A model generated the notes under the pieces. That model did no database searches, had not been told where the DNA came from, and saw only the letters and a program-made list of their open reading frames with translations. Shown one piece after another: positions 48,939-59,851 of a stretch of DNA of 59,851 nucleotides (position 1 is its first letter; every line of letters starts with the position of its first letter). Source of the stretch: Malacoraja senta (Eukaryota); the NCBI GenBank assembly GCA_038087875.1, contig JAXLNO010000395.1, forward strand, positions 124,001-183,851, given 5' to 3'. The translations under genes were made by a program, and so were the position numbers.

Positions 48939-49529
48939 TTCCTTCAGCCACGCATTTATCCTCCACCTCGCTCCATTCCTACTCTCACTGGCACAGGCAG
49001 TAATCCCGAGATTGTTACCTTTGCTGTCCTTCTCTTTAACTCCCCTCCTAACTCCCTAAATTCTCCTTTCAGGACCTCTTTTCTTTTTTTACCTATGTCA
49101 TTGGTACCTATATGTATCACGACCTCGGGCTCCTCTCCCTGCCCTTTCAGGATATCTTGGACACGTTGAGACACATCACAGACCCTGGCACCAGGGAGGC
49201 AAACTACCATCCGGGTCTCCCGACTGCGTCCACAGAATCGCCTGTCTGACCCCCTAACTATAGAGTCCCCTATTAGTATTGCCCTCCTCTTCTTTTCCTT
49301 ACCCTTCTGAGCAACAGGACCGGTCTCTATACCGGAGGCCCGGCCGCTGTCGCTACCCCCAGGTAGGCTGTCCTCTTGTAGTGGCTTGCCCGTCCCCAAG
49401 GGAACAGCAAATTGAAAGGCAAGAGCAGGCAGCTCTTCCTTATGCGACTCTCGTACATAATGCATTAAAGCATGGGATTCAGGCACATACTCATGTTCGG
49501 AGTTAGCTCCATACTGATCTCTGACCCTC

Positions 49530-49998
49530 CCATAGTGGAAGAAATAGTGCAAGCCTGAACCAGGCGTTGCCACAGGCGTATGAGTCGAACTGCCTGTGCA
49601 TGCCTCCGTAACACGGAGCATATTTTGTGCCACCATCTCCCATACTCTTCCGAGTGGGAGGAATATTGCAACCCTGAACCAGGAGTTGCCACATGCGGAT
49701 GACTTGAACTGCCTAGGCATGCCTCCGTAACATGGAACATATTATTTGGCACCATCTCCGATACTCTTCCGAGTGGGAGGAATATTGCAACCCTGAGCCA
49801 GGAGTTGCTACAGGCTAATAACTTGAACTGCCTGTGCATGCCTCCATAACACGGAGCATATTATTTGGCACCATCTCCAACTCCTTTCATCCGAGTGGGA
49901 GGAATATTGCAACCCTGAACCAGGAGTTGCTACAGGCGTATGACTTGAACTGCCTGTGCATGCCTCCGTAACATGGAGCATATTTTGTGCCACCATCT
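49530..49998. repeat. ~119-bp tandem repeat x4 in the gag region of the second DIRS
   Basis: TGCAACCCTGAACCAGGAGTTGC.. recurring at spacings of 119, 119 and 122. Confidence 0.9.
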
Positions 49999-51314
49999 GA
50001 TTCATCAGATATTCCAATTGAGACAAAACGGCCAATCACATCTGTCATAGATGTGGGGACAGAATCACCTTGACCCAAATCATCTGACAGGACTTGTCTC
50101 ACAGACTTGGCTTTGACTTTGCTCCGACTCGGGGTGCCAAGCTGCTCCCTCTAGGAGCTGAATCGGTACTAGCTGTGCAGATCGACGCTCTGTCGGTATA
50201 AACCATTATTTATTATACTTACCAGACAGGTTACAACTGCTAGTGACTGAGTCCTTGCTCCCTTTTGGAGCCTCAACGGAGTATTCCTGCACAAGGTGTT
50301 GCTACCTTGCGTTCATATGATTAAAAGAAGCATATCCCCATTAAATCGAGATTCGACTGCTCGATCGATATCCACATAGTTGGAGTCTCTTATAAAAGAA
50401 TCTCCAACAGTCCCCTCTAGTGAGCAGAAATCACCAGGACAGCACCCTGAACCAGGTGTAGCTCCCACAGGTGTCTGATGGACACAGCTCAAAAAAGGCT
50501 TCCTAAGCCAGGAGCTCTGGACTGCAATGGCAAGTCCAATTTCACTACAACATTTGGTGTATGTGATAATAATTGTCCTTTGTAATTATCATTTTCAATA
50601 TAAACTTTATTGGCATGATAAGATACATCGTTATATTGCCAAAGAATTAAACATGACCTTTGAATGCTATCTATTATGATAGTCACAAACGTGACCGAGT
50701 GGCAACTGCTATTAATGCCAACTCTATTTATAGCCGCCCAAAAATAAAGCATACACTGTATGCTGCTGCAGCATAGCTGAGCCCCTCAGCTCGCAGTAAC
50801 TATGTTTAAAATTGCTCGGTGCTACGGCAGCTGAGCTTACCTGTGCGGTAGCTCCTGGCCGTGGCTATTTTTAACTCACCGGCTGCTGCTAAACCTCCTG
50901 CAGCGATCGTTGACCTGGCTGCGCTGGCAGCCACAATTATGAAATCCTAGCTCCTTACGGAGCCCCACGGTGGCCTCCAAATCTGTCTGCCTGCTCCCGT
51001 TCGGAGCTCTAATGCCGGCAGCCGCAATATCTCATCCCAGCTCCTAAATTTTTTCTAGCTCCTTATGGAGCCTCCATGGTGGCCAAAAACCGGCCGCCTC
51101 CATCAGCAACTCCGGGCCCGTTGCCGCAGCGGCCCGCTGGAAATAAAATTGACTTACCTGCCAGAGTAGTTTCGAACTGCTCCGACTCGCGCGCCATGCG
51201 TCTGCATATTGACGCACATGCGGACTGGTGGGCTCTTCACGTAGTCACTCACGTGACTTCGAAATAAAATTACAAAGTAAAACTGATAAAGAAAACAAAC
51301 GGAGTGGGTTAGAA

Positions 51315-51331
51315 CCACTTTTCTGACAACA
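51315..51331 (-). promoter_or_regulatory. Gypsy primer-binding site, degenerate tRNA-Leu type
   Basis: TGTTGTCAGAAAAGTGG directly after the 5' LTR vs TGGTGTCAGAAGTGG. Confidence 0.55.
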
Positions 51332-51532
51332 TATAATTACCTGACTCATACACAGGTAAAGGTATAAACAACTTTAATAGACTTCTCAGTGTCAGATATG
51401 CAGTACATTATAAGTTCAGTCTGCTGCATCTACTAAAAGTAATAAACGAGTTCTTAACACTATAAAACATGCACTAAGCGGGGTTATTACTAGTAGCATT
51501 CTGATTGGCTAACATGCAATAGCCAATCTACA
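51332..51532 (-). repeat. Gypsy 5' LTR (201 bp)
   Basis: Direct repeat of 37366-37551 with a ~15-bp indel. Confidence 0.92.
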
Positions 51533-51603
51533 GGTAGGGTTCAAAATCTTGGTGTATTTATTTGATAGCAAATGCTAGCCCATGAAAAAAATTATGAGAA
51601 TAT

Positions 51604-52351
51604 TGTAATTATGTTCCTAGAGCTAACCCCCCTCAGTCTAATTCGGTAAAACATTGTCAAACACTGGACCATTAAACTTTATTTTTTGAATGAAAAACGA
51701 ATCCCCTATATGATACCTAAACCACCGCGGGTTTGATCCTTGTCTCTGCCTGGCCAAGCCCTTCAGCCTCGTGAAAGCAGACACTTCCAAAAGGTCACGC
51801 AGTCCCAAGCTTCCCTCCAGAATATCGACAACGAACCTAGTGGGGGCTACCTTTTATAGGTCAACGAACCCTGAGGGCCGAACTACATAGGGGTGGTGCC
51901 CCTTACAAGCCAATCACACATAGCGATACATTAAAGTATTATTGACAGTTCCCTAACCCAATTACAAAGAGTCCCAATACAATGTTTCTGCAGAAGCTTC
52001 TGAAAGGAAGTCAACTAACTGAATAATGCAATTTTTACCCTGGCAGTACAAACAATCCAGCCAGGGCTCCACACTTCAGCCAATCATCAAACAGCAGTAT
52101 AACTGTCCTGCAACAATATTAACATTATTTACAATCCCTTTGCATGAATCCAATCAAGACAATACACCTAAAACACCTTAAAGTTACTCTGCATAATCCT
52201 CATACTTTTATCAATTGGGAGGACATCTGGACCACACCTTATCTGATATATTGATCTGGGACCTAGACTTCCTGGCAGAAAAAGGCTAACAGGCCTTGTA
52301 GATACATAACTCTGTTACTTTATTTAAGCTCTGTTTTGGCCAGGATTTACA
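51604..52351 (-). repeat. ERV 3' LTR; PPT (GATAAAAGGGGGAA) at 52352-52365
   Basis: TGTAATTATG...TTTACA; direct repeat of 58890-59668; purine tract abuts it on the minus strand. Confidence 0.93.
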
Positions 52352-53179
52352 TTCCCCCTTTTATCATATGATAATCTATCATCAATTATAATTAAAGTAC
52401 AATAGTGACTGTTCCATTCTAACAATTTTCTTAACAAAAAGATGCTGATGTATTTTCCCAGAATCTCAGCAATTTTCCCAGAATCTGAAGGGCTTGGCTT
52501 GATGAGATTCTGGGAAAATACATCAGCATCTTTTTCGTGGGCGCGGCTTCATGATTTCCGTCTGATGAGACTTCACCTCCCGTGTTTCCATGGGCACAAA
52601 TCCCCTCCATCCATATTGATAATTCCTCTGTGCTTGATCCATAGTAGAGTATGAAGTTTCTAAAAGAACCTGGAATAAAGTAAGTTAGCAGTCCATACTT
52701 CCACTGATACTCCTGTGGTGGAGATGTGCCCACGCATTCTTCCCTTCTACTTTTAACAGAAGTCCTCTCTTGCTATACTACTCCTACTCTACAATATAAT
52801 TCTTCCAACACTAGGATAAAAATTAGAATGTGATCGGTCGTCTCTGCAGTCACACGATGAAAGTTGATCATTTCCATTGTACTTTTGATTATGGTATTCA
52901 CAAGGGTTTCTCATAAGAATTTCAGCTGCGTTCAGTCCGGATTTCCCTACAGGCATGATTTTCATTTGAAATATCTATGGGGAATAATTTAATCCAGCCA
53001 AATTCAGTCTCCGCCTTTAATTTAGTTAATTTAGTTTTCAGGATCTGATCTGCTCTTTCTACAAATCCAGCAGCTTGTGGTCAATATTCACAATACAATT
53101 GCTGCTGGATTCTCAGCTGTTCGCATAATTTCCATTAATTTGTTCTAATATGATGTGGATCATTATTTAAACTAAGTTG

Positions 53180-53303
53180 AATAGGGATGCCAAATCCTAG
53201 GGACAATTTTCTTTAACTCCTTGATAATACTAGCTGCTTTAGTATCAAGGGTTAGACAAGTTTTGATCCACCGGCAGAATGCATCGACTATGACACTAAG
53301 TAC
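53180..53303 (-). pseudogene. Retroviral integrase core remnant
   Basis: VLSVIVDAFCRWIK...IIKELKKIVPR(F)GIP, matching LV.VD.FS.W.E...IIPRFG.P. Confidence 0.7.
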
Positions 53304-54122
53304 TCACTACTCTGGCACCTCCTCTGATTTGATGTATTTCTTCTCATAGTATATTGAACAGACTAACAGACTATAGGGGTTCTATCTCATCATTAGTTTT
53401 CTCCTGCCACTGAGTAACTTTCTAGATGGTTAGCATTGACCTCTCCGAGGGGAACTTGTTATTTAAACTTTTAGTCTACCATCATTTATACCACCATCTT
53501 GCGTTCCCATGGCAATTCTTTCACTATCAAATCAACACCTCAATTCCTGATATTTGCTAGGGTCTGTCCTTTCCTTGTTGATCACTAAACATTCCCGTCC
53601 CATTTCCGCCTGTTTTCCTAGGGGTGAGACAAGAAAAGATACCAAGGCAATAATCACATTTTCAACAACTTCTAAACCAGATCCCATTCTATTCTGATAA
53701 GCCTTCCTCAAATACCAGATTTTAAAGTCATTCCAATAACACCACCATGGACATGAATTATGTCTTACGATTTAAGGGATCAAATTTAAAATTGGTGATA
53801 AATTATTATGCATGGTAGTTAGAATTTAGGTGCAAAGTGGGTGTCCCCGAACCACAGAGTAATGTCCATTCCCATGTTTCTGTATTTAATTTGAGATCGC
53901 CCATCCAGACAAAGTAGTACAGTACAATGGTCTCTTTAAGTTGCCTCAATGATCTTCAGAGGCTTCTTGTACTTTCTTAGCTCCAGGAGACTTAGTTCAT
54001 CTTTTTCACTGGTATGAAATGTTGGGTTCTTAAGTTTCCTAAATGCTGATGTTTGCAGTGTTTGGCACTAGTGTATGTGTGGAGCAGCTCTGCCACCAAG
54101 TCAATTATTGATTAGTATATTG

Positions 54123-54273
54123 GTCGTCGTCGTCGTCGTCTTCTTCTCCTCCTTCTCCTTCTCCTTCTCCTTCTCCTTCTCCTTCTCCTCCTCCTCCTCC
54201 TCCTCCTCCTCCTCCTCCTCCTCCTCCTCCTCCTCCTCCTCCTCCTCCTTCTTCTTCTTCTTCTTCTTCTTCT
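54123..54273. repeat. Compound microsatellite (GTC)n(TTCTCC)n(TCC)n(TTC)n
   Basis: Directly visible. Confidence 0.97.
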
Positions 54274-54727
54274 TTCTGCAAGAGCAGGAGTACTACTATG
54301 ACGAGCAACCTTTATTGTATTCTTGCATTTCCCAAATTGTTAATGTTGTTGGTGGCCTATGATCTTCTTGGACATTGGAGGAACAGTGTTACCCTTCTCT
54401 GGGGAGCTACTTGGATGGAATTGATGGTTACACATCCTACCTAAGCTGTGTCTCCTGCCTGTTCTTGAGGGTTCACACGCTCGTATACCTCACGCCCCAG
54501 ATGATGATGTAGGCAGGCAACACTGTCCTAAAGGCCTAATAAAACTCAACAACAGTTTAATTAAATATGTTTGACATTTGTATGGGTCTGCCGTAATGAT
54601 TGCTCCTTTTCATTATTAATCCTACATCTTTTGCACTTGCTGATATCTTAGAGTAGTTTATAGCTCCCTCCTCTTCCTTAACTAGTGCCAAATCCGATTC
54701 TCATCGAGTTCCTCATATTACCACCAG

Positions 54728-57183
54728 CTACTTTGTCTCCCTCTTTAGTTTCTTTATTGCTCCTTGATTTCTCTTACACTCTGCTATATTTTGTCTTCTG
54801 GACGGGCACTCCTTTCTCCAATGACCTAATTGTTTACAATTATGACAAGCTCCCGAGATTACACTGTTCTTTGCTTTAAGGTATTTCTCTGGGCCATTAT
54901 AAGATTGCTTACAGTTTCTCCTCATATGATCTTCAGTTTTCACTGTAATAGTTCACCCAATTCTTTCATTTTCGTAAATTATTTGAGTGAATCCAAGGGT
55001 TGGGCCATGTTACTATGTCCATAAATCCGGGACTGGTTGCTGAGTCAGGACTGTGAAAATGGGTTGGTCTGCGTAAAAGGTGTTTGTCTTCTTGGTCACT
55101 GAGATTCTGGCCAGTTCTCTCTTTGTTCTCTTGGATCCCAGAAGTCTCCTGAATTCAAAGACCTCCTATAATTCCTGGGATCTTGGATGTTTCCATATCC
55201 TCTTGGATCCCGAATGCCCCTCTGATCCTGAAAGCTCTCTCTCTGACCCCTTCCTTCCATCCGTTCCCTTGTTGGAGAGGCTCGACTCCAATGTCCGATC
55301 CCACCACAAGTCTAACATTGATTGGGTCTTATTATTTGGCGTCTTCTGCCACTTGGCCCTAGCAAGATTGGTTCCAGGATAGGTGTGTTATTGTAATAAT
55401 GATCTGGATAGTCTAGGACTCTAATTTCTCCTATTCCACTCTTCCTTAACATTTGAGGACTCCAATGACCTAATTCAGAGCTTGGTGCTTCTATTTTAAC
55501 CACATATTCAGTTTCTGGCTTTCCTGCAGGATGACTTCCATGCCCTCTACCATTTTTCCAATGGTATCTCACAGCTCTGGCCATTTGACTGGCATGGTTA
55601 TCAGACCAGTCCATGTTATTGGTTCTGATCGATTCAGCTACATTAGTGGGAAGACAATTCAATAAGATGGCACAGTATTGTGGGGAATTTACTCCGTTTT
55701 GATAATTTAAGTCACCTGATTGATCTATATATAACCTTCAAAATCATTCTAAGAATTCATCAGCACCCTCTCCCTCTCCCTCTTTTGGTCTTACATCCAA
55801 GATTCTGGCCAAATCAATTGGTTTCTGAAGGGTATTTGCAAGGACAGTTAAAATGGCCTCTTCTCTTGCACTATCATCTGCTATTCTATTTGTTAATGCT
55901 TCATGTGTTGGGTGTCCCATGGCTGCTAAAAATCTGGTGTGTTCTATTGGAGTGATTATCTGTTGTATTGTCGCCCATAGGTCTCGGGAATCTGCATGAT
56001 ACACACGCATTGTAGTTCTTAAGTAATCTATAACGGAAGCAGTGACTTCTTTCTATCAGGGATATTATTTAACTGCTATCATTTCATGGGGCTTCCATGG
56101 GGTATGGACATCTATTGTACGGGGATTATTTACACCCACTGCACTGACCAAATCAAAGGAAGGATTAGGCATTTCTATGAGTTATTTGTTTAGTTTTTGT
56201 ACTTTCTGCTATATCAAGATCTATCTCGGTATCTTCAATTATTGTCTCACCCCCAGATGTATCTTCCTTTTCACTAGGGGGTTCACGGTACTTTCTAAAT
56301 GATTCATTCCTCTTTCTCGCTACTCGTCTAATTCGTCTAGGTTGAGGCGCACAAAAATATTCTGGTGGCTGCACTATGTCTTCAATATCCTCCTTCTCTT
56401 TAAATACTGGGGCTAACTTCTTTGTTCAACTCCTGGTACCATGAGCTACTGGACTATCTATTAATGGTGGAGTGGATAAGGTCAAAGAATCTGGTGCTCT
56501 AGTTGGCTGCTATTGGTAGAGTAAGCTCGAACGTGGAATCTGCAGGTGGTGTTATAGGTTCTGCAGGTTCTGGATATTTATTATGGGCACAAGTTATACA
56601 AGGTGTAAGCCTGGGGGAACGCAAGAGGAACATGGTGGGAGCTGCAAACTTCTTTTAATTTTGACATTTGTCCAATCATCCAAATATTCATCTTCTTCCC
56701 CCTCGAAGCCAACAGTAACCATCGGATCTCTAAATTCTAAATGCACAGGTACTAGTTTCCTTTCAGGAGATCTACCTCTTCCCTGTTTCTTGTGCTTTCT
56801 TATGTCTCTACCCTTGTCCTCCCTCTTGCTGGAGATCGATTTACTTCTTTCAGTTCTATTCCAAGTTTTGAAATTGGCTTTTCCCAATCTGCCATTCTCA
56901 TAACTTCTCTATTTGCCTTTAGTTCTTCATAATATTTCCTCCATAATCCTATTAACTCCTTCACTATCTCACTATTACAATATTGCCAAATGATTTGTTC
57001 TATATACTTTATTCCCTTCAATGTTTGAATGCCTCCCTTCGGCCATAATTTGTCCCCTAATTTCTTATTTAATGCTCCCCAAAAAATTCTCAACCTCTCA
57101 GCTTTCTGCAGGGATTCATTGCATATTAATTGCAATGGGCTTTCGAAATCCTCAGTAATATGTTGCTCTAGGCTTTTCCCCAT
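54728..57183 (-). pseudogene. ERV gag, fragmented (MG start, Pro-rich region, capsid-like region, zinc knuckle)
   Basis: MGKSLEQ...LWPKGG (56800..57204); YHADSRDL....KPIDLARILDVRPKEGE..DEFLE capsid-like; CHNCKQLGHWRKEC CCHC knuckle. Confidence 0.75.
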
Positions 57184-58870
57184 GTTTCTAGATAATTGAA
57201 GCAACTCCTAAGCCACTCACATCTTCCTAACAATTCACACTCCCCTCACAATCTCCGAAGCTATCAAGTTCGCTCCTGAACAATGGCCAAAGGCTCCTGA
57301 GCGCGCCAGCAGTCTCACACTTTTCGCATACAATCGCCCAATCAATCCTTTCAATCTAGTATCCAAGTTCTTCTATCGTCTCCCACAAATCCACACATTT
57401 TCACCTCCTATAATTTTAACAATCCTCAATCATCCAAATGTTAAGCTGCTCCAGGGAACAATCAAACACAGTCAAACACAATCAAACACGTTCCCGCAGC
57501 CCGTTTCCTATAACCAGAGCAACCTTAATTCAAACACATGAAAATGAGCTCCAAACACGCGAGCAAAATCATACACAGTCAAGAAATTATACCACTTATT
57601 ATTATCATACAAAACCACACTCCTATATAAACTACAAGCATTCGTGTAATATCGCATTTTTTAACTGTACAGTTCCAAAAGCAAATCACAGTATATTATA
57701 ATCCCTCCTCGTGGTGTGTTCAACCAATGAACAATCCCTCCCCCGACACAGCGATTGGAAGGATACGAACCCCTGGTCGAACAATCACGAGTCGGACTCC
57801 AATTATAACAACAGTCTCAATCAAACTATGTTCTTTTACAGTTGATTTAAACCACTGTTACGACAGTGTATCTAACATTCAAAATTTAAGTCAAAAGCAA
57901 TACACAGTATATACAATGCAACAACGGCAGTCTTAAATACACTTTAAACTACAACTTTGATGTTTTATTATACACAGATTAATATGGAAGAAAATACGTA
58001 CACTTTAAATTGACCAGCACCTCAATACGAGATCCTGAATATCGGTAATTTGAATCTGAAAATATTCAACTCGTTATTCTCTATCTAATTATTTTTTAGT
58101 ACGCAAATTCGAATTCAAAATTTATAAGGAAACGTCTGCAGGGATGTAAAATTCTCACATTGGTTAAAGTATTTTCGGCCAATTTATACTCTAACCACTG
58201 AGTTCCCAGTACCTTTACGAGACTCCTCTCACCACTTTTACAGTGATCTAGATACTCTCGCACAGGCGGGGACTCGAACCCACCTAAGTTCACACTTGCA
58301 AGGGGTTTCTTCCTTCCTACACACTAGGCACAGGGTGTCAGTCCGTAATCTCTTCACACTGGCAGTCGATGCCGATTTTTAGAGCGCCTTTCCAATCTGA
58401 GCCCCCAGCAACAACGCAGTATTTTGCCTCTTAGTACTGTTTAGACCCGGTTTTGTTTTTCAATATCCAGTCAATCGGGTATCCAACTCTGGGCAGGGTC
58501 TTGAACCACTAGTTATTCTCGATGTCAGGCCAACTCAATGGTACCTAATGGTTGGTCTTAGCAGCAGCTGCAGCTGTTGACTAAGTTTAAGTTTTATGGG
58601 CCTTGAACCCAAAGGAGAGGGCCTCGAATCCAACCCTGAGAAAGGGGGCCTTGAACCCCTAAAGTCAAGGATGCCCTCAGTGCTTGCTAGAATACTAGTT
58701 CTCAGATCACGTTGGGACTCCTACCCAAGTTCGTGAATGATCAATCTGCTCCGACTAGCGAAGTGGGGAAAACCGATGCGAAAACCGCACTGTGGTGCCG
58801 ATTTCTCCCCTCATGATCTGGAACAGCTCAACACCCTCGATCGCAAAATTGTTTTAGGGGGTCCGTTGAG

Positions 58871-58888
58871 ATCCCGCAGGAGCCCCCA
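58871..58888 (-). promoter_or_regulatory. ERV primer-binding site, tRNA-Pro
   Basis: TGGGGGCTCCTGCGGGAT vs canonical TGGGGGCTCGTCCGGGAT (16/18), 1 nt from the 5' LTR. Confidence 0.85.
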
Positions 58889-58889
58889 A

Positions 58890-59668
58890 TGTAATTATGC
58901 TTCTCGAGCTAACCCCCCTTAGTCTAATTCAGTAAAACACTGAGTCAAGCACTGGACCACTAAACTTTATTTTTTGAACGAACAACGAATCCCCTATATG
59001 ATCCTAAACCACCGTGTGTTCGATCCTTGTCTCTGCCTGGCCAAGCCCTTCAGCCTTATGCAAGCAGACACTTCCAAAAGGTCACAGAGTCCCAAGCGCC
59101 CCTCCAGAAGATCGAGAACAATCCTAGTGGGGGCTACCTTTTATAGGTCAACGAACCATGAGGGGCCGAACTACATAGGGGTCGTGCCCCTTACAAGCCA
59201 ATCACACATATCGATTACAATAAAGTATTATTGACAGTTCCCCAACCCAATTACAAAGCGTCCCAATACAATGTTTTTACAGAAGCTTCTGGAAGGAAGT
59301 CAACTAACTGAATAATGCAACATTTACCCTGGCAGTACAAACAATCCAGCCAGGGCTTCACACTTCAGCCAATCATCAAACAGCAGTATAATTGTCCTGC
59401 AACAATATTAACATTATTTACAATCCCTTTGCAGCAATCCAATCAAGACAATGCACCTACCACACCTTAGCGTTTCACTGCAGAATCCTCATACATTTTA
59501 TCAATTGGGAGGACATCTGGACCTCGCCTTATCTGATGTATTGATCTGGGACCTAGACTTCCTGGCACCAGCTCGCAGCTTGTGGCTTCTTACAGAAAAA
59601 GGCTAACAGGCCTTGTAGATGCATAAATCCATTACTTTATTTTAGCTCTGTTTTGGCCAGAATTTAGA
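58890..59668 (-). repeat. ERV 5' LTR
   Basis: TGTAATTATG...TTTAGA followed by ATAT TSD. Confidence 0.93.
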
Positions 59669-59699
59669 ATATATACCATGATGGGTTGGTTAGATTAGA

Positions 59700-59790
59700 T
59701 TGTGTAGACGCACAGAGCAGGGGATTTGAGAACCAGAGGACATAGGTTTAAGGTGAGGGGAAAGATTTAATAGGAACCTGAGTGGTAAAA
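59700..59790 (+). mobile_element. CR1 fragment
   Basis: AGAACCAGAGGACATAGGTTTAAGGTGAGGGGG (RTRGHRFKVRG). Confidence 0.6.
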
Positions 59791-59851
59791 TAAATATTGG
59801 TTTCATTGGAAATATTCCTCTGATCTTTGTAATTTCTTTAATGCTATGCCA

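Larger units (their letters stand above)
45054..49367 (-). mobile_element. CR1 LINE with partial ORF1 (SGNH esterase) and near-intact ORF2
   Basis: ILIGDSIVR, CLPGA, VVIHIGTND, ISGLLP (48956-49370); EN in 47167..48417; 670-aa RT ORF 45150..47162; (TATGT.TC)n-type tail. Confidence 0.95.
41784..51270 (-). mobile_element. Second DIRS1-like element, interior heavily decayed and shortened, with nested MITE and CR1s
   Basis: Termini near-identical to the first DIRS; AAT (=ATT) at 41784-86 and 51268-70; ICR 42612-42723; YR end FADRILHSVA* ~42900; gag remnant split by CR1. Confidence 0.88.
37366..51532 (-). mobile_element. Ty3/Gypsy LTR retrotransposon, decayed, with a 9.5-kb nested insertion in its 5' leader
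   Basis: LTRs 37366-37551 and 51332-51532; TSD GGCAG/GGTAG; gag-PR-RT-RNaseH-IN order on the minus strand. Confidence 0.93.
51604..59668 (-). mobile_element. Endogenous retrovirus-like provirus (class I-like), gag plus deleted pol, no env seen
   Basis: LTRs of ~750-780 bp, 4-bp TSD ATAT (51600-03, 59669-72), PBS-Pro, PPT, CCHC knuckle, integrase remnant. Confidence 0.88.

Noticed and set aside
47167..49720. Long ORFs suggesting novel fusion proteins (416 aa, 254 aa)
   Set aside because: Read-through across the DIRS repeat/CR1 ORF1 junction and the CR1 inter-ORF region
54075..54362. Poly-Ser/Phe or poly-Gly/Glu ORFs
   Set aside because: Microsatellite translation

Overview
Repeat-dense vertebrate DNA made almost entirely of nested transposable elements. 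The HE1-type V-SINE and the CR1/Penelope/Rex1 mix suggest a cartilaginous fish, probably a skate or ray (inference). No host gene could be identified with confidence. Contents: two related DIRS tyrosine-recombinase retroelements with intact ITR/ICR termini and ATT flanks (232-4968 +; 41784-51270 -); a Gypsy LTR element (37366-51532 -) holding a four-level nest; a class I-like endogenous retrovirus with tRNA-Pro PBS, 4-bp TSD and collapsed pol (51604-59668 -) plus a related solo LTR; a Tc1 element one nonsense codon from intact; three non-autonomous Helitrons, each with different tandem-repeat cargo; several CR1 and L1 LINEs, one with a twin-priming inversion; MITEs; and many short Penelope-derived units carrying minimal hammerhead-ribozyme cores, one of them a 94-bp insertion with a 15-bp TSD. 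The best leads are the hammerhead micro-retroelements, the satellite-bearing Helitrons, the pol-deleted ERV, a TIR element carrying a coding-like fragment and telomere-like repeats, and a splice donor at the same position in both DIRS leaders. Novelty could not be checked without database searches. Boundaries of degenerate elements are approximate.
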